A stretch of 64,000 bases of DNA from assembly GCA_031269685.1 (NCBI GenBank), contig JAISYU010000030.1, positions 729-64,728 on the forward strand. The letters run 5' to 3'. The position numbers were made by a program, and so were the translations under genes. Below, piece by piece: positions 1-10,057 of the stretch; position 1 is the stretch's first letter, and every line of letters begins with the position of its first letter. This DNA is from Dysgonamonadaceae bacterium (lineage in GTDB: Bacteria > Bacteroidota > Bacteroidia > Bacteroidales > Azobacteroidaceae). Below the pieces are notes generated by a model. The model searched no databases, was not told where the DNA came from, and saw only the letters and a list, made by a program, of their open reading frames with translations.

Positions 1-996
<996 letters not shown>

Positions 997-1222
997 TTAA
1001 GTTTATAGTATTATAAAATAAATTTACAAAAAAACAACCTTGCTTTTTTTGCGCTGCAAAGGTAGTAATTTTTAAGTATTTATGCAAATCTTCGAGGCAT
1101 TTTCCAAAAATAATTCCGAAATGCCTTAACAACCGCAAGGGGTTGCACAGGCAACAAGAAAAATTAAAAGTATTATTGCTAAGAAATAGCGGTTTATATT
1201 GTTCATTTGTTTTCAAAAGAAT

Positions 1223-2131
1223 TTATTCGTCTTTATATTTTTCAAATTCGTCCGCGATTCCAGCCTCTTTGAAATCTCCCGCATGGACAAGCACACGATA
1301 GCGGAGCCGTATGACCTCGCCTTTTTTCAGTTGTGTTTCTTTGTCATCTTCCGGCCAGTACATCGGTGTTGGTGAGATGAACCCATAATCACGCGTAAAC
1401 CATGGCGAAGGGTACCATTTATTGGAAGGATGCTGCATGAGAGCAATTCCTTCAACGCCCGCCCTGCGTGTGCCGTAACAGTCTATCCACGGAGAAGCCT
1501 CCCCGAAGGTGGCTTTTTCGCCTTCCCTGCCAGCGGAATTTATCATGACACCTCCCTGTTTGACGCTCAGGGCAGGGTCGATACGGGCGCTGAAAAGCGA
1601 ATGATTAGTCTTTAAAATAGTAACATCCATCAACATTTCTATTTCTATGTCGAAATCTATCACGAAAAGGCTGTCCGACGGCGCCGAAATAAGAATTTTC
1701 CTCCGGTCTATAATCGGCGAAGGAGCATCCGGGCGTTTCCAAATACATTCGTCTTCGATAACGACTCGTTCACCTTGCCCTTCAATAATACGCGCACCTA
1801 TGGAGACGATACGTCCGCGTTCCAGCCCTTCCTGCCAGTAATTACCCCCGTTCACCATGTCGCAGCCGAAAAACAGTGAACTGTGATGCGGATATTCGCC
1901 ATTGCGCATGGAAGTAACGCTATTCCCGGAAAAAGGAGCGTTTACGGGATAAAAGAATGGATATTTCTCATTATCCGCAAAATGATAGCTTGTAAAAAAC
2001 GTATTCCCGATCGTAACGTCAATCCGGTTGCCGATTTTAGTCGCAGAAATATTTTTCCCATGGGCAGGCAACCCACAAACTCCAAGTAATAACAGGGTAA
2101 CAAGTAGGTATTTTCTATGTTGTTTGTACAT
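1223..2131 (-). CDS. DUF6807 / 'PmoA-family' secreted protein, 302 aa
   Basis: Signal peptide; motifs KYPFFYPV and YPHHSSLFF, a WFTRDYG-type segment, and C-terminal LRYRVLVH typical of DUF6807. Confidence 0.7.
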   Translation of the reverse strand: MYKQHRKYLLVTLLLLGVCGLPAHGKNISATKIGNRIDVTIGNTFFTSYHFADNEKYPFFYPVNAPFSGNSVTSMRNGEYPHHSSLFFGCDMVNGGNYWQEGLERGRIVSIGARIIEGQGERVVIEDECIWKRPDAPSPIIDRRKILISAPSDSLFVIDFDIEIEMLMDVTILKTNHSLFSARIDPALSVKQGGVMINSAGREGEKATFGEASPWIDCYGTRRAGVEGIALMQHPSNKWYPSPWFTRDYGFISPTPMYWPEDDKETQLKKGEVIRLRYRVLVHAGDFKEAGIADEFEKYKDE

Positions 2132-2152
2132 GATTTTATGTAAATTATGAAG

Positions 2153-3385
2153 TTAATTATCTATCACGACATTCACCGGATGAGCAAAGTCATTCCATAA
2201 CCGGTCTGCCTTTTCTTTTGTCATTTCACCTTCGTACGACAGGATCCGGTAGCGCAACAGATAACGTTCGCCGGGTTTAAGTTCCCAGTCTTTGTTTTTC
2301 GTCGGCGCGAAATTGATAAACGCATCGCCTCTGCCTCCGTTTGCATTCTCATCCCAGATACGTAGCGGTTCGGGAAAGTTGTAATTACCGGGATGTCCCA
2401 TAAAAAGCAATCCCGAACGTCCGGTCTCCGTCGCGCCCGTAATGAAAATCCAGCGTGCGGTAGAGCCGTCTATATGCTGTCGTGTTTTTCCTTCTGAGGT
2501 GAGCATCTCGCAATTTTCTTTCGTCCACTTTTCCGTAGCACGGTATCCGAAACCGGCATAACGGTATTCTTTTAACAATACAGGTAACGGCGTCGATGGG
2601 TACAGATGCGACTCAAAATCCCAAAGGAATCCTTCCGGCACGTTCCATGCACTAACTTTCCAGCACTCGTTCATAATAACTTTTTCTTCCTCCGGCATGA
2701 AGATGTAATGATCAAGATTTGCCACATATCCACTAAAAACATTTCCACAGTACGTCGCTTCAATATCTTTTGCTCGCACGGTTCCCTGTTTGTCCGCGAG
2801 GTTCCAGAGGTCGTACATTTTCCCATCATACAGCACTCTTGTCCACGGGTTCCATATTCCGTAATGATGGTAATGATCTTTAGGCTGTATCGTTGTAAGG
2901 ATATTACCGCCGGGCGAATAGGCAGGATGTATAAAGCCACTCCTGCCGTACGATTTGTCTATGCCGGCGGGTGATTCGACGTGCGCGTAATTGTATTGAA
3001 GGATGTTTTTATCTCCTTTTTTCAATATCAGCGCCTTTTGGTTGTCCTCCACATGCATCAGTTCGCCGTCCTGTTTTCTTTTTACCTTTTCAGCAACGAA
3101 AGTCCGGGCAATGCCGGCAGGGGTTTTGCCGTCGAGTATCCAGTATAAACGGGGAACTTTTCCCGCTTCCGTCACGAGCTGACTCGGTACTGGTTTCTTT
3201 TGTTTACCGGAAGTTTCAAACAGCCCAACGGCAGAAGAAGTACTCAGGTTGAGGGCGGAAACATCGGTTGAGACGACACAGTTTTCTCTGTCGTATACTC
3301 CGGCTTGAACGGTTATTTTAATTTTACCGGCTGCACCAGCGTTTATGGCAAGGAAGCATATTAGTGAAATGATAAGAGTTCTCAT
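2153..3385 (-). CDS. DUF6807 / 'PmoA-family' secreted protein with N-terminal extension, 410 aa
   Basis: Signal peptide; RSGFIHP, HYHHYGIWNPW and LRYRILSY motifs. Confidence 0.7.
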   Translation of the reverse strand: MRTLIISLICFLAINAGAAGKIKITVQAGVYDRENCVVSTDVSALNLSTSSAVGLFETSGKQKKPVPSQLVTEAGKVPRLYWILDGKTPAGIARTFVAEKVKRKQDGELMHVEDNQKALILKKGDKNILQYNYAHVESPAGIDKSYGRSGFIHPAYSPGGNILTTIQPKDHYHHYGIWNPWTRVLYDGKMYDLWNLADKQGTVRAKDIEATYCGNVFSGYVANLDHYIFMPEEEKVIMNECWKVSAWNVPEGFLWDFESHLYPSTPLPVLLKEYRYAGFGYRATEKWTKENCEMLTSEGKTRQHIDGSTARWIFITGATETGRSGLLFMGHPGNYNFPEPLRIWDENANGGRGDAFINFAPTKNKDWELKPGERYLLRYRILSYEGEMTKEKADRLWNDFAHPVNVVIDN

Positions 3386-3397
3386 ATTGTTATGGAA

Positions 3398-4762
3398 TTA
3401 AAAGTTATACGGAGGCCGGTGTGGTCGTGCTATCATGGCGTTTGCCTCGTCATCATTTTTGAACCGTTCCAGTATAGGATCCCAATAAAGTTTCCTGTTC
3501 AGTTTCATGGCAATGTGCTGAAGGAGGCATGATGTGCAGGAACGGTGGGCAACTTCGGCGGGCGTAATGTTCATTTTTCGCGTACGGACGCTTTCGAGCC
3601 AGTTACCATGATGATCCGTACTTACATAAAGGCGGACGGAATCGTTGTCCGTCAGTGTAGAGAGAATCTTAGGGTCGGAAGCTTGTAATGATTTTGATGT
3701 TGTACTTATCGGTTCGTTTATTGAAGCTGCGTATGAGCCTCGGCTTACGAAAATCCAACCATCCGTGCCGGTAAAAAGTATTCCGTTGGGTTTTTCGGGG
3801 CTGTCGGTCGTTCCCGTTACTATGACGCCGTTGTCATAAAGCATTTCCGTCTCATATAAGCCATGAACGTCCCAAAGCCCGCCTGTTGCGAACTCCGCCT
3901 TGCCATAGATTTCGACAGGACCTGAGTATTCTTTGTCCATTGCCCAGTGAGCGATGTCGAAGTGGTGCGTTCCCCAGCCTGTTATCATTCCTGCGCCGAA
4001 CTGTTCGCAACGTAGCCAGCCTGGGCGTCCGTATCCTTTCTGCGGATGTACCCGTTCTTCGGTATAATATAGGTATGGTGTTTGTCCCAGCCATTTGTCG
4101 TAGTTCAGGTTTTTCGGCACGGGCATTGGTTCTGTTGTTCCGCCGGGAGGATCGCCTGGCAGGCGGATTTCTATTTTTTTCAATTGCCCTATACGTCCGT
4201 TTCGGACAAGTTCACATGCTACGCGGAACTGTTCCATTGAACGTTGCTGGCTTCCTATTTGCAGAATTCGCCCGGAAGCGTTCACCGCATTACTCATTTT
4301 ACGTCCTTCTTCGATCGTAAGTGAGGTTGGTTTCTGCAGGTAAACATCTTTTCCTGCGCGAACTGCGTCGATTGCGTTTTTTGCATGCCAGTGGTCGGGC
4401 GTACTTATCAGTACGGCGTCAATATCTTTGTTTGCAAGAAGTTCTTCGTAATGTTCGTAAGTGCTTACGCCACTGTATGGGTTACCTGTTTTCAGTGAAT
4501 AATAATCTTCCACCAGTTTTTTGGCGTCGGCAAGCCGGTTTGCGTCCAGGTCGGATACGGCTATGATACGGGCATGGTCATATTTCCATATGCCGGGCAT
4601 ATCATGGTCTCGTGAGATACGCCCTGTACCGATAGCGCCTATGTTAATACGTTTCGACGGGGCATGGGGTCCGAATACTGATGCCGGAACGACAGTCGGG
4701 GCGGCAATTAACCCTGCACCTGCGGTTAATGTTCGTTTAATGAAACTTCTTCTGGTAATCAT
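3398..4762 (-). CDS. Gfo/Idh/MocA family oxidoreductase with Tat signal
   Basis: ITRRSFIK twin-arginine motif; GAIGTGRI Rossmann motif; ISTPDHWH, YLQKP and GSQQRS motifs. Confidence 0.9.
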   Translation of the reverse strand: MITRRSFIKRTLTAGAGLIAAPTVVPASVFGPHAPSKRINIGAIGTGRISRDHDMPGIWKYDHARIIAVSDLDANRLADAKKLVEDYYSLKTGNPYSGVSTYEHYEELLANKDIDAVLISTPDHWHAKNAIDAVRAGKDVYLQKPTSLTIEEGRKMSNAVNASGRILQIGSQQRSMEQFRVACELVRNGRIGQLKKIEIRLPGDPPGGTTEPMPVPKNLNYDKWLGQTPYLYYTEERVHPQKGYGRPGWLRCEQFGAGMITGWGTHHFDIAHWAMDKEYSGPVEIYGKAEFATGGLWDVHGLYETEMLYDNGVIVTGTTDSPEKPNGILFTGTDGWIFVSRGSYAASINEPISTTSKSLQASDPKILSTLTDNDSVRLYVSTDHHGNWLESVRTRKMNITPAEVAHRSCTSCLLQHIAMKLNRKLYWDPILERFKNDDEANAMIARPHRPPYNF

Positions 4763-4826
4763 AGTAGTTTAAATTTAAAAAATAGGATATCTTCAACATA
4801 TAGAAAGGCTTTTTCGGGATAATTAA

Positions 4827-5828
4827 TTAGTTGAGTAATTTTCTTGCGAGTTCTATTATGGTATCTTTTCCTTTTTGTATGTCACCGGCTTCGAGTTCGG
4901 CGTGAATATCGGGAGATATTCCAAATTCGAGGTGGTTCATTTCGGCGTCAAATAAGGGGCTTGCGGAAAAGCGGACCATCCAGCCGTTAGGGATTTCGGA
5001 ACTGAAAGGGAGACCGCTACCGCCGCCGGTTTGATCGCCTATTATTGTGACGTTCGGAGCGTACCGCATGGCATTGACGAAGTCGTTAGTAGCGCTGAAG
5101 CACCTACGGTTGGTCAGTATTACTACCGGTTTGTAATAGTGTAGATGTTTCGAGGGTTCGGTGTATCGGGGGTATGGTTTGGAGAAGTCGTCGTGATTTT
5201 TGCCGGTCTTGTGTTTGATGTATCCTACGAGGGTTTTTTCTTCTACGAATCGCGATGCTAAAATTTCGACGTTTGAGAGGTATCCACCGCCGTTATTTCT
5301 GACGTCGATTATTATACCTTTACATTTCTCCATTATGCTTAGGATATAGTTTAGCCCCTGTTCGCTGATCGCGGAGGAAAAGTTACCGTAGCGGATGTAC
5401 CCTGTATTATCGTCAAGGATTTTGTACTGTAATCCGCCTGCTATTGCGTAGTCTGTTTGCAGATAATTGTTTATCAGGTCCTGGTCGAAATTTTCGGGGA
5501 AGTCTTCGTACCATTTCCAGTACCGTCCGACGTTGAACGGTGAGGTCAGGTTGACATGCCCGTCTTTTAGTTCCTGCAGCATAAGGTTCAGTAAGTTAAA
5601 TAATTCTTCATCTGTTTTTACAGCGCCTGTCAGTTTTGCATATTCGCGGTGTATTTTGTCCCAGTCGACATTTTTGTAATCGAAAAAGCAGTAATGTTCG
5701 TCAATGATTCTCCATAGTGCCTCGAAGTTTCCCTGCGGGCTGTCGGGAAATTCCTCTATTTTAATGCAGGATGAGTGCAGGATGAGGCAGAGGATTAGCA
5801 GTGCGGTGTATATTCTATTGAAAGACAT
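4827..5828 (-). CDS. S41 family peptidase, probable lipoprotein
   Basis: ATG at 5828 gives MSFNRIYTALLILCLILHSSC (lipobox-like); DGHVNL, IIDVRNNGGG, FSATN and TGGGSG motifs. Confidence 0.85.
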   Translation of the reverse strand: MSFNRIYTALLILCLILHSSCIKIEEFPDSPQGNFEALWRIIDEHYCFFDYKNVDWDKIHREYAKLTGAVKTDEELFNLLNLMLQELKDGHVNLTSPFNVGRYWKWYEDFPENFDQDLINNYLQTDYAIAGGLQYKILDDNTGYIRYGNFSSAISEQGLNYILSIMEKCKGIIIDVRNNGGGYLSNVEILASRFVEEKTLVGYIKHKTGKNHDDFSKPYPRYTEPSKHLHYYKPVVILTNRRCFSATNDFVNAMRYAPNVTIIGDQTGGGSGLPFSSEIPNGWMVRFSASPLFDAEMNHLEFGISPDIHAELEAGDIQKGKDTIIELARKLLN

Positions 5829-6729
5829 GCTGGTATTTGTTAAGTTTTCTCCCCGGCACCATAAGGATATTTTTCGATAAGCCCACATAAAATGTATTAG
5901 TGCGGATCTGCGTTTGAAGGCTGTTTATTTTCGTCTGGTATAGACTGTGGAGGTATCCGAAGCGGAATGTTGTATTTCCGGCGGGAACTTCGATTGTTAT
6001 CATTCCTTTCAGGTTTATGTAATTTTGGGGCGTTGAAAAGTAAATCAGGTTATTATTATCCCCAATACCGATTTCGTAATATGACTGCCCGTATTCGGGA
6101 GAGTACATGATGCCTGTCATGGGAGCGCTTACCTGCAAGGAGAATCTGATTGGGCAAGTTTCTACAGGAATTATCACGCTCGTTATTGCCGACAGGTTAA
6201 TGCCTGCATGAAATTTGCCTGTGACCGGATTATTGGTATTCCTGTTGTTATGAATGAATCCCAGCAGTATTTCCGGCTGTGCACCGAGGTATAAGCGTAG
6301 CCTACGGTAAGGTTTAAACCTGTAAAAGAGTCCGTAATTATACTGTAACATTCCTGCGCGGCTGACAGCGGTTGCTGTACGATTGCCTGCCTGCCGGAAT
6401 GAGATGTCTATCTGCTGTTGCGAGATGACTTTACCTCCGGCAATGGATAGCGTTTTCATCAACTCTGAGGTCAGCGAAAGGTTTATTCCGCCGTACTGTA
6501 ACGGGGAGAGGTAAGTGTCGTATATACTTGAGGTACCGATTCCCGCCATCATTGATTCGTAAGTCAGGCGGGCAGGCGGATCATGAGCGGAGGCGGAAAT
6601 GCTTACTGTAATAAGGAGCAGGCATCTTGTTATCCGTCTTATAATCTTCCCTGTGAGGTCGCTGTGTTTCTCATTTACGTTAATGCGTTTTAGAGTGACC
6701 TCGCTTAGAACACCCAAGGCAGATGTCAT
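5815..6729 (-). CDS. DUF3316-family putative outer-membrane protein
   Basis: DTYLSPLQYGG and YSPEYGQSYYEI motifs; beta-rich; the ATG overlaps the upstream TGA (ATGA at 6726-6729); adjacent to S41 peptidase as in other Bacteroidales. Confidence 0.7.
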   Translation of the reverse strand: MTSALGVLSEVTLKRINVNEKHSDLTGKIIRRITRCLLLITVSISASAHDPPARLTYESMMAGIGTSSIYDTYLSPLQYGGINLSLTSELMKTLSIAGGKVISQQQIDISFRQAGNRTATAVSRAGMLQYNYGLFYRFKPYRRLRLYLGAQPEILLGFIHNNRNTNNPVTGKFHAGINLSAITSVIIPVETCPIRFSLQVSAPMTGIMYSPEYGQSYYEIGIGDNNNLIYFSTPQNYINLKGMITIEVPAGNTTFRFGYLHSLYQTKINSLQTQIRTNTFYVGLSKNILMVPGRKLNKYQHVFQ

Positions 6730-7244
6730 TTTTCTATTATCTTCGATAGAATATCCTTACCGGTAATGGTTATCCATCCGAACAGCAAACCGATGAAACC
6801 GTAAGTCAGTTCTACGATTGCCGCCGTTCCAAAATCCGCCGCAGGGACGTAAGTCATGATGCCGAAGTAGCAGCCGGAAGCGACAAACATGGCTGGAATA
6901 AGGTCTACCCAGGGTACTTTTTCGAGGTACAGTACGAGGAAGACGACGATAAAGACTGCGACCGGTACGGCAAAGAATGAGGTGAGCGCTGCAACAGAGT
7001 TGGCAATGAGGATTATCCCTATGGAAAAACCAATGCCTACCGCATAACCGATCATCGCCCGTATGCCACCCTTCAACGTGCATCCCGAAAAGAAATAGAC
7101 CGCCCACGCTACGAAAGCTATGTAAGTAAAACCCTTGTCTGCGCCTATGGGCATGTGTGACTTGAGTATCTGGTCGATACAAACGATGATAAACGCCAGA
7201 AACGCGGTCCACGCAGAACCGACTGCAAATGTTACTTTCTTCAT
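6726..7244 (-). CDS. DUF1097-like small membrane protein
   Basis: 172 aa, about five hydrophobic segments, FVAWAVYFFSG motif. Confidence 0.6.
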   Translation of the reverse strand: MKKVTFAVGSAWTAFLAFIIVCIDQILKSHMPIGADKGFTYIAFVAWAVYFFSGCTLKGGIRAMIGYAVGIGFSIGIILIANSVAALTSFFAVPVAVFIVVFLVLYLEKVPWVDLIPAMFVASGCYFGIMTYVPAADFGTAAIVELTYGFIGLLFGWITITGKDILSKIIEK

Positions 7245-7272
7245 GATTAATTGAATGTTTTTAGATTATAAA

Positions 7273-8758
7273 TTATTTTCTTGATTGTTCCAATCCATAT
7301 CCTTTACGTCTATCCTCAATCTTCAAGAGGTATGCGACGAAAATCGCTAATATCCCGAAAAGAGCGAAGATAAGCATTGGTAATGTGTAGTCGTACGTTG
7401 CGGCGCCTTTATCGTCCGCTCCGGTTACGCACCACCTGTTTAACACCCAACCGATAAGGTAAGGCACTCCCGCAAGCCCTATGTTTTGTACCCAAAAGAT
7501 GAGTGCGTATGCTGTGCCGAGCTGTTTTTCGGGGATTATCTTCGGTACGGAGGGCCACATAGCCGATGGGACAAGCGAAAACGCTATTCCTAACAGTATG
7601 ACAACGATTATCGCAAACCATACATAATTCAAGAAAGGCGCGGCAAACAGCAAATGTACAACGACAAGCAGTAATGACCCGATAAGCATTAATGTCGCCC
7701 CGTGCCCCCTCTTATCATATATCCAACCGAAAAATGGAGTCATCAGCATGTTACCGAATGGCAGCAGGCTGGGTACTATTCCCGCGAATTCCTTTTCCAC
7801 TCCGTATTTGTTGACCATTAAAGATGCTGCAAACTTCAAGAACGGAAACACTGCCGAGTAAAAAAGAACACACAGTATCGCTATCAGCCAAAAGCCTTTG
7901 TTTGCAAATACTACGCCTACATCGCGCATCTTAAATTCATCTTCTTTGGTTTTTACCGAAACCGTTGCGTCTTCGCGGTCAAGTTTTCTGTCCATCACAC
8001 AGTAAACAAGGAATACCAGCAGACCGATTGTCAACATGGCAAGCGAAAAGAGAAAAGGCGATGACATTGAGAAATTACGGGCAATGATCGGACTGAATGC
8101 CATTGCAAAGGCTGTTCCGAGTCTTGCTATTGCTACCTGGATACCCATTGCAAGGGCTAGTTCACCGGTCTTTCCAAACCATTTAACAATGATCTTGGAA
8201 ACAGTGATTCCCGTTATTTCCGAACCCATGGCAAAGACCGCAAAACCACAGCAGGCAACCAGAATCTGTGTGCGTATCCCGAAAATACTCCCTGCGTCGG
8301 GCGATATATACTCAATCGCATAGTACTTTATCGCACATCCTATTACCATCAGCGCTGCCGACATCGTACCGGTAAACCGGACCCCCATCTTATCAAGTAT
8401 GATACCTCCGAAAAACAACATTAGCAGTATCACGTTCAGCCAGCCGTAAGCGCTGTTGAAGAGACCGAATTCATCGCTCGACCACGAGAGTCGTTGCGTG
8501 TCTGCATACTTTGTCGTTGTATGCCTGCATACATTGTCGTTGCGTGCCTGCATACATTGTCGTTGTATGCCCGCATACATTGTCGTTGCATGCCTGCATA
8601 CATTGCAAAGGTTTCTCCCCGAGCATGTCCATCAAAGGCGACATTGCGTCGTTGAGGAAGTATCCCCACATCATGGTGAAGGATACTATTAATAACGCTA
8701 TCCAGCGCATCTTCCCGTTATTTCTTACATTTCCCTTTACAATACCTTGTATTTTCAT
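7273..8758 (-). pseudogene. MFS transporter interrupted and frameshifted by a 115-bp tandem array (456 aa if the array is removed)
   Basis: The N-terminus (MKIQG...RWIALLIVSFTMMWGYFLNDAMSPLMDMLGEKPL, from 8758) and the body (LSWSSDEFGLFNSAYG...GGIILDKMGVRF, to 7273) are in different frames. Deleting 8491-8605 joins them in frame (1486-115=1371 nt). Confidence 0.85.
8491..8605. repeat. 5 x 23-bp tandem array, consensus TCGTTGTATGCCTGCATACATTG
   Basis: TCGTTG recurs at 8491, 8514, 8537, 8560 and 8583; the consensus unit contains the dyad TGTATGC-N2-GCATACA. Confidence 0.97.
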
Positions 8759-8875
8759 ATCTATTGTGTTTATTTTCAGTCTGTTTAGTCATTGATTATT
8801 GCCTTGCCGTACGGTTATATATCTTGCCTTCTGTAGCCATAAAGTAATCGTGAAAAGGCGTTTATTTTCGGGTGT

Positions 8876-8906
8876 CAAAGGTATGATATTTTTTCGTAAA
8901 AACAAA
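8876..8906 (-). promoter_or_regulatory. Bacteroidetes primary-sigma promoter for the MFS/DUF1097/DUF3316/S41 run
   Basis: Minus strand TTTG(8906-8903)-N19-TACCTTTG(8883-8876). Confidence 0.7.
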
Positions 8907-8907
8907 A

Positions 8908-9951
8908 TCAGGATTGACTGTTTACATTCCTGTGTACATGCTTTTGAAAATGGTTCACTTTGATGAGGTATTCCGCTATCTGTACCGCATTCAATGCCGC
9001 CCCCTTCTTTATCTGGTCGCCTACGCACCAGAATGACAGTCCATTGGGGTGGGAAATATCTTTTCTTATCCTGCCGACATAAACAGGATCGGATGAGGCA
9101 ACGAAAAGCGGCATCGGATAGCGTTTTTCCAAAGGACTGTCCTCGACAATCACACCTTCCGCAGCGGAAAGGGCTGCTGTTGCCTCTTCTACCGAAATCG
9201 GGCGCTCGGTCTCAACCCAAACAGCTTCCGAATGTGCCCGAAGTGCAGGTACACGCACACATGTAGCGCTGACATCTACCGTCGAGTGCATAATCTTCCG
9301 CGTCTCGTTGTGCATCTTCATCTCCTCTTTCGTGTAACCGTTATCCAAGAAGACGTCAATATGGGGTATAACATTAAAAGCCAACTGATGAGCGAAACTT
9401 TTCACTGTCGGCTCTTTGCCTGCTACAATCTGTTCGTGTTGGCGGATAAGCTCCGACATTGCCGCTGCCCCTGCTCCCGAAGCCGACTGGTACGTCGCTA
9501 CGTGTATCCGGCGAATATGTGAAATATCGTCCAAAGGCTTCAATACCACAACCATCTGAATGGTTGAACAGTTGGGGTTGGCGATTATTCCCTTCGGATG
9601 AACCAATGCATCTTCGGGATTGACTTCGGGAACGACTAGTGGAACGTCATCATCCATACGGAACGCACTCGAATTGTCAATCATCACCGCGCCATGTTTT
9701 GTGATGGTTCCGGCATATTCCTTCGACGTGCCTGCCCCAGCCGATGTGAAGGCAATGTCTATACCCATGAAATCATCGTTATGTTGCAGTTCACCGACTG
9801 TATATGATTTGCCGCGGAACTTGTATTCGCTTCCCGCGCTACGCGACGAACCGAACAGTTTCAATTTGTCAATCGGGAAATTTCTCTCTTCTAAAACTCT
9901 TAAAAACTCCTGCCCTACGGCGCCACTGACGCCAACAATTGCTATATTCAT
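8908..9951 (-). CDS. asd: Aspartate-semialdehyde dehydrogenase
   Basis: [36 protein letters not shown] and [13 protein letters not shown] motifs. Confidence 0.97.
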   Translation of the reverse strand: MNIAIVGVSGAVGQEFLRVLEERNFPIDKLKLFGSSRSAGSEYKFRGKSYTVGELQHNDDFMGIDIAFTSAGAGTSKEYAGTITKHGAVMIDNSSAFRMDDDVPLVVPEVNPEDALVHPKGIIANPNCSTIQMVVVLKPLDDISHIRRIHVATYQSASGAGAAAMSELIRQHEQIVAGKEPTVKSFAHQLAFNVIPHIDVFLDNGYTKEEMKMHNETRKIMHSTVDVSATCVRVPALRAHSEAVWVETERPISVEEATAALSAAEGVIVEDSPLEKRYPMPLFVASSDPVYVGRIRKDISHPNGLSFWCVGDQIKKGAALNAVQIAEYLIKVNHFQKHVHRNVNSQS

Positions 9952-10057
9952 TAAAATAATTTGTGTATTTGGAAAATATTACCGTAACTTTGCAAATCAG
10001 ATTACTATTTTGCGACTGCAAAAGTAATCATTAATTAAATACAATTATAGAAAAACA

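Noticed and set aside
1223-3385. Methane monooxygenase, suggested by the 'PmoA family' label
   Set aside because: These are soluble secreted DUF6807 proteins without pMMO membrane topology; the label is a database naming artefact.
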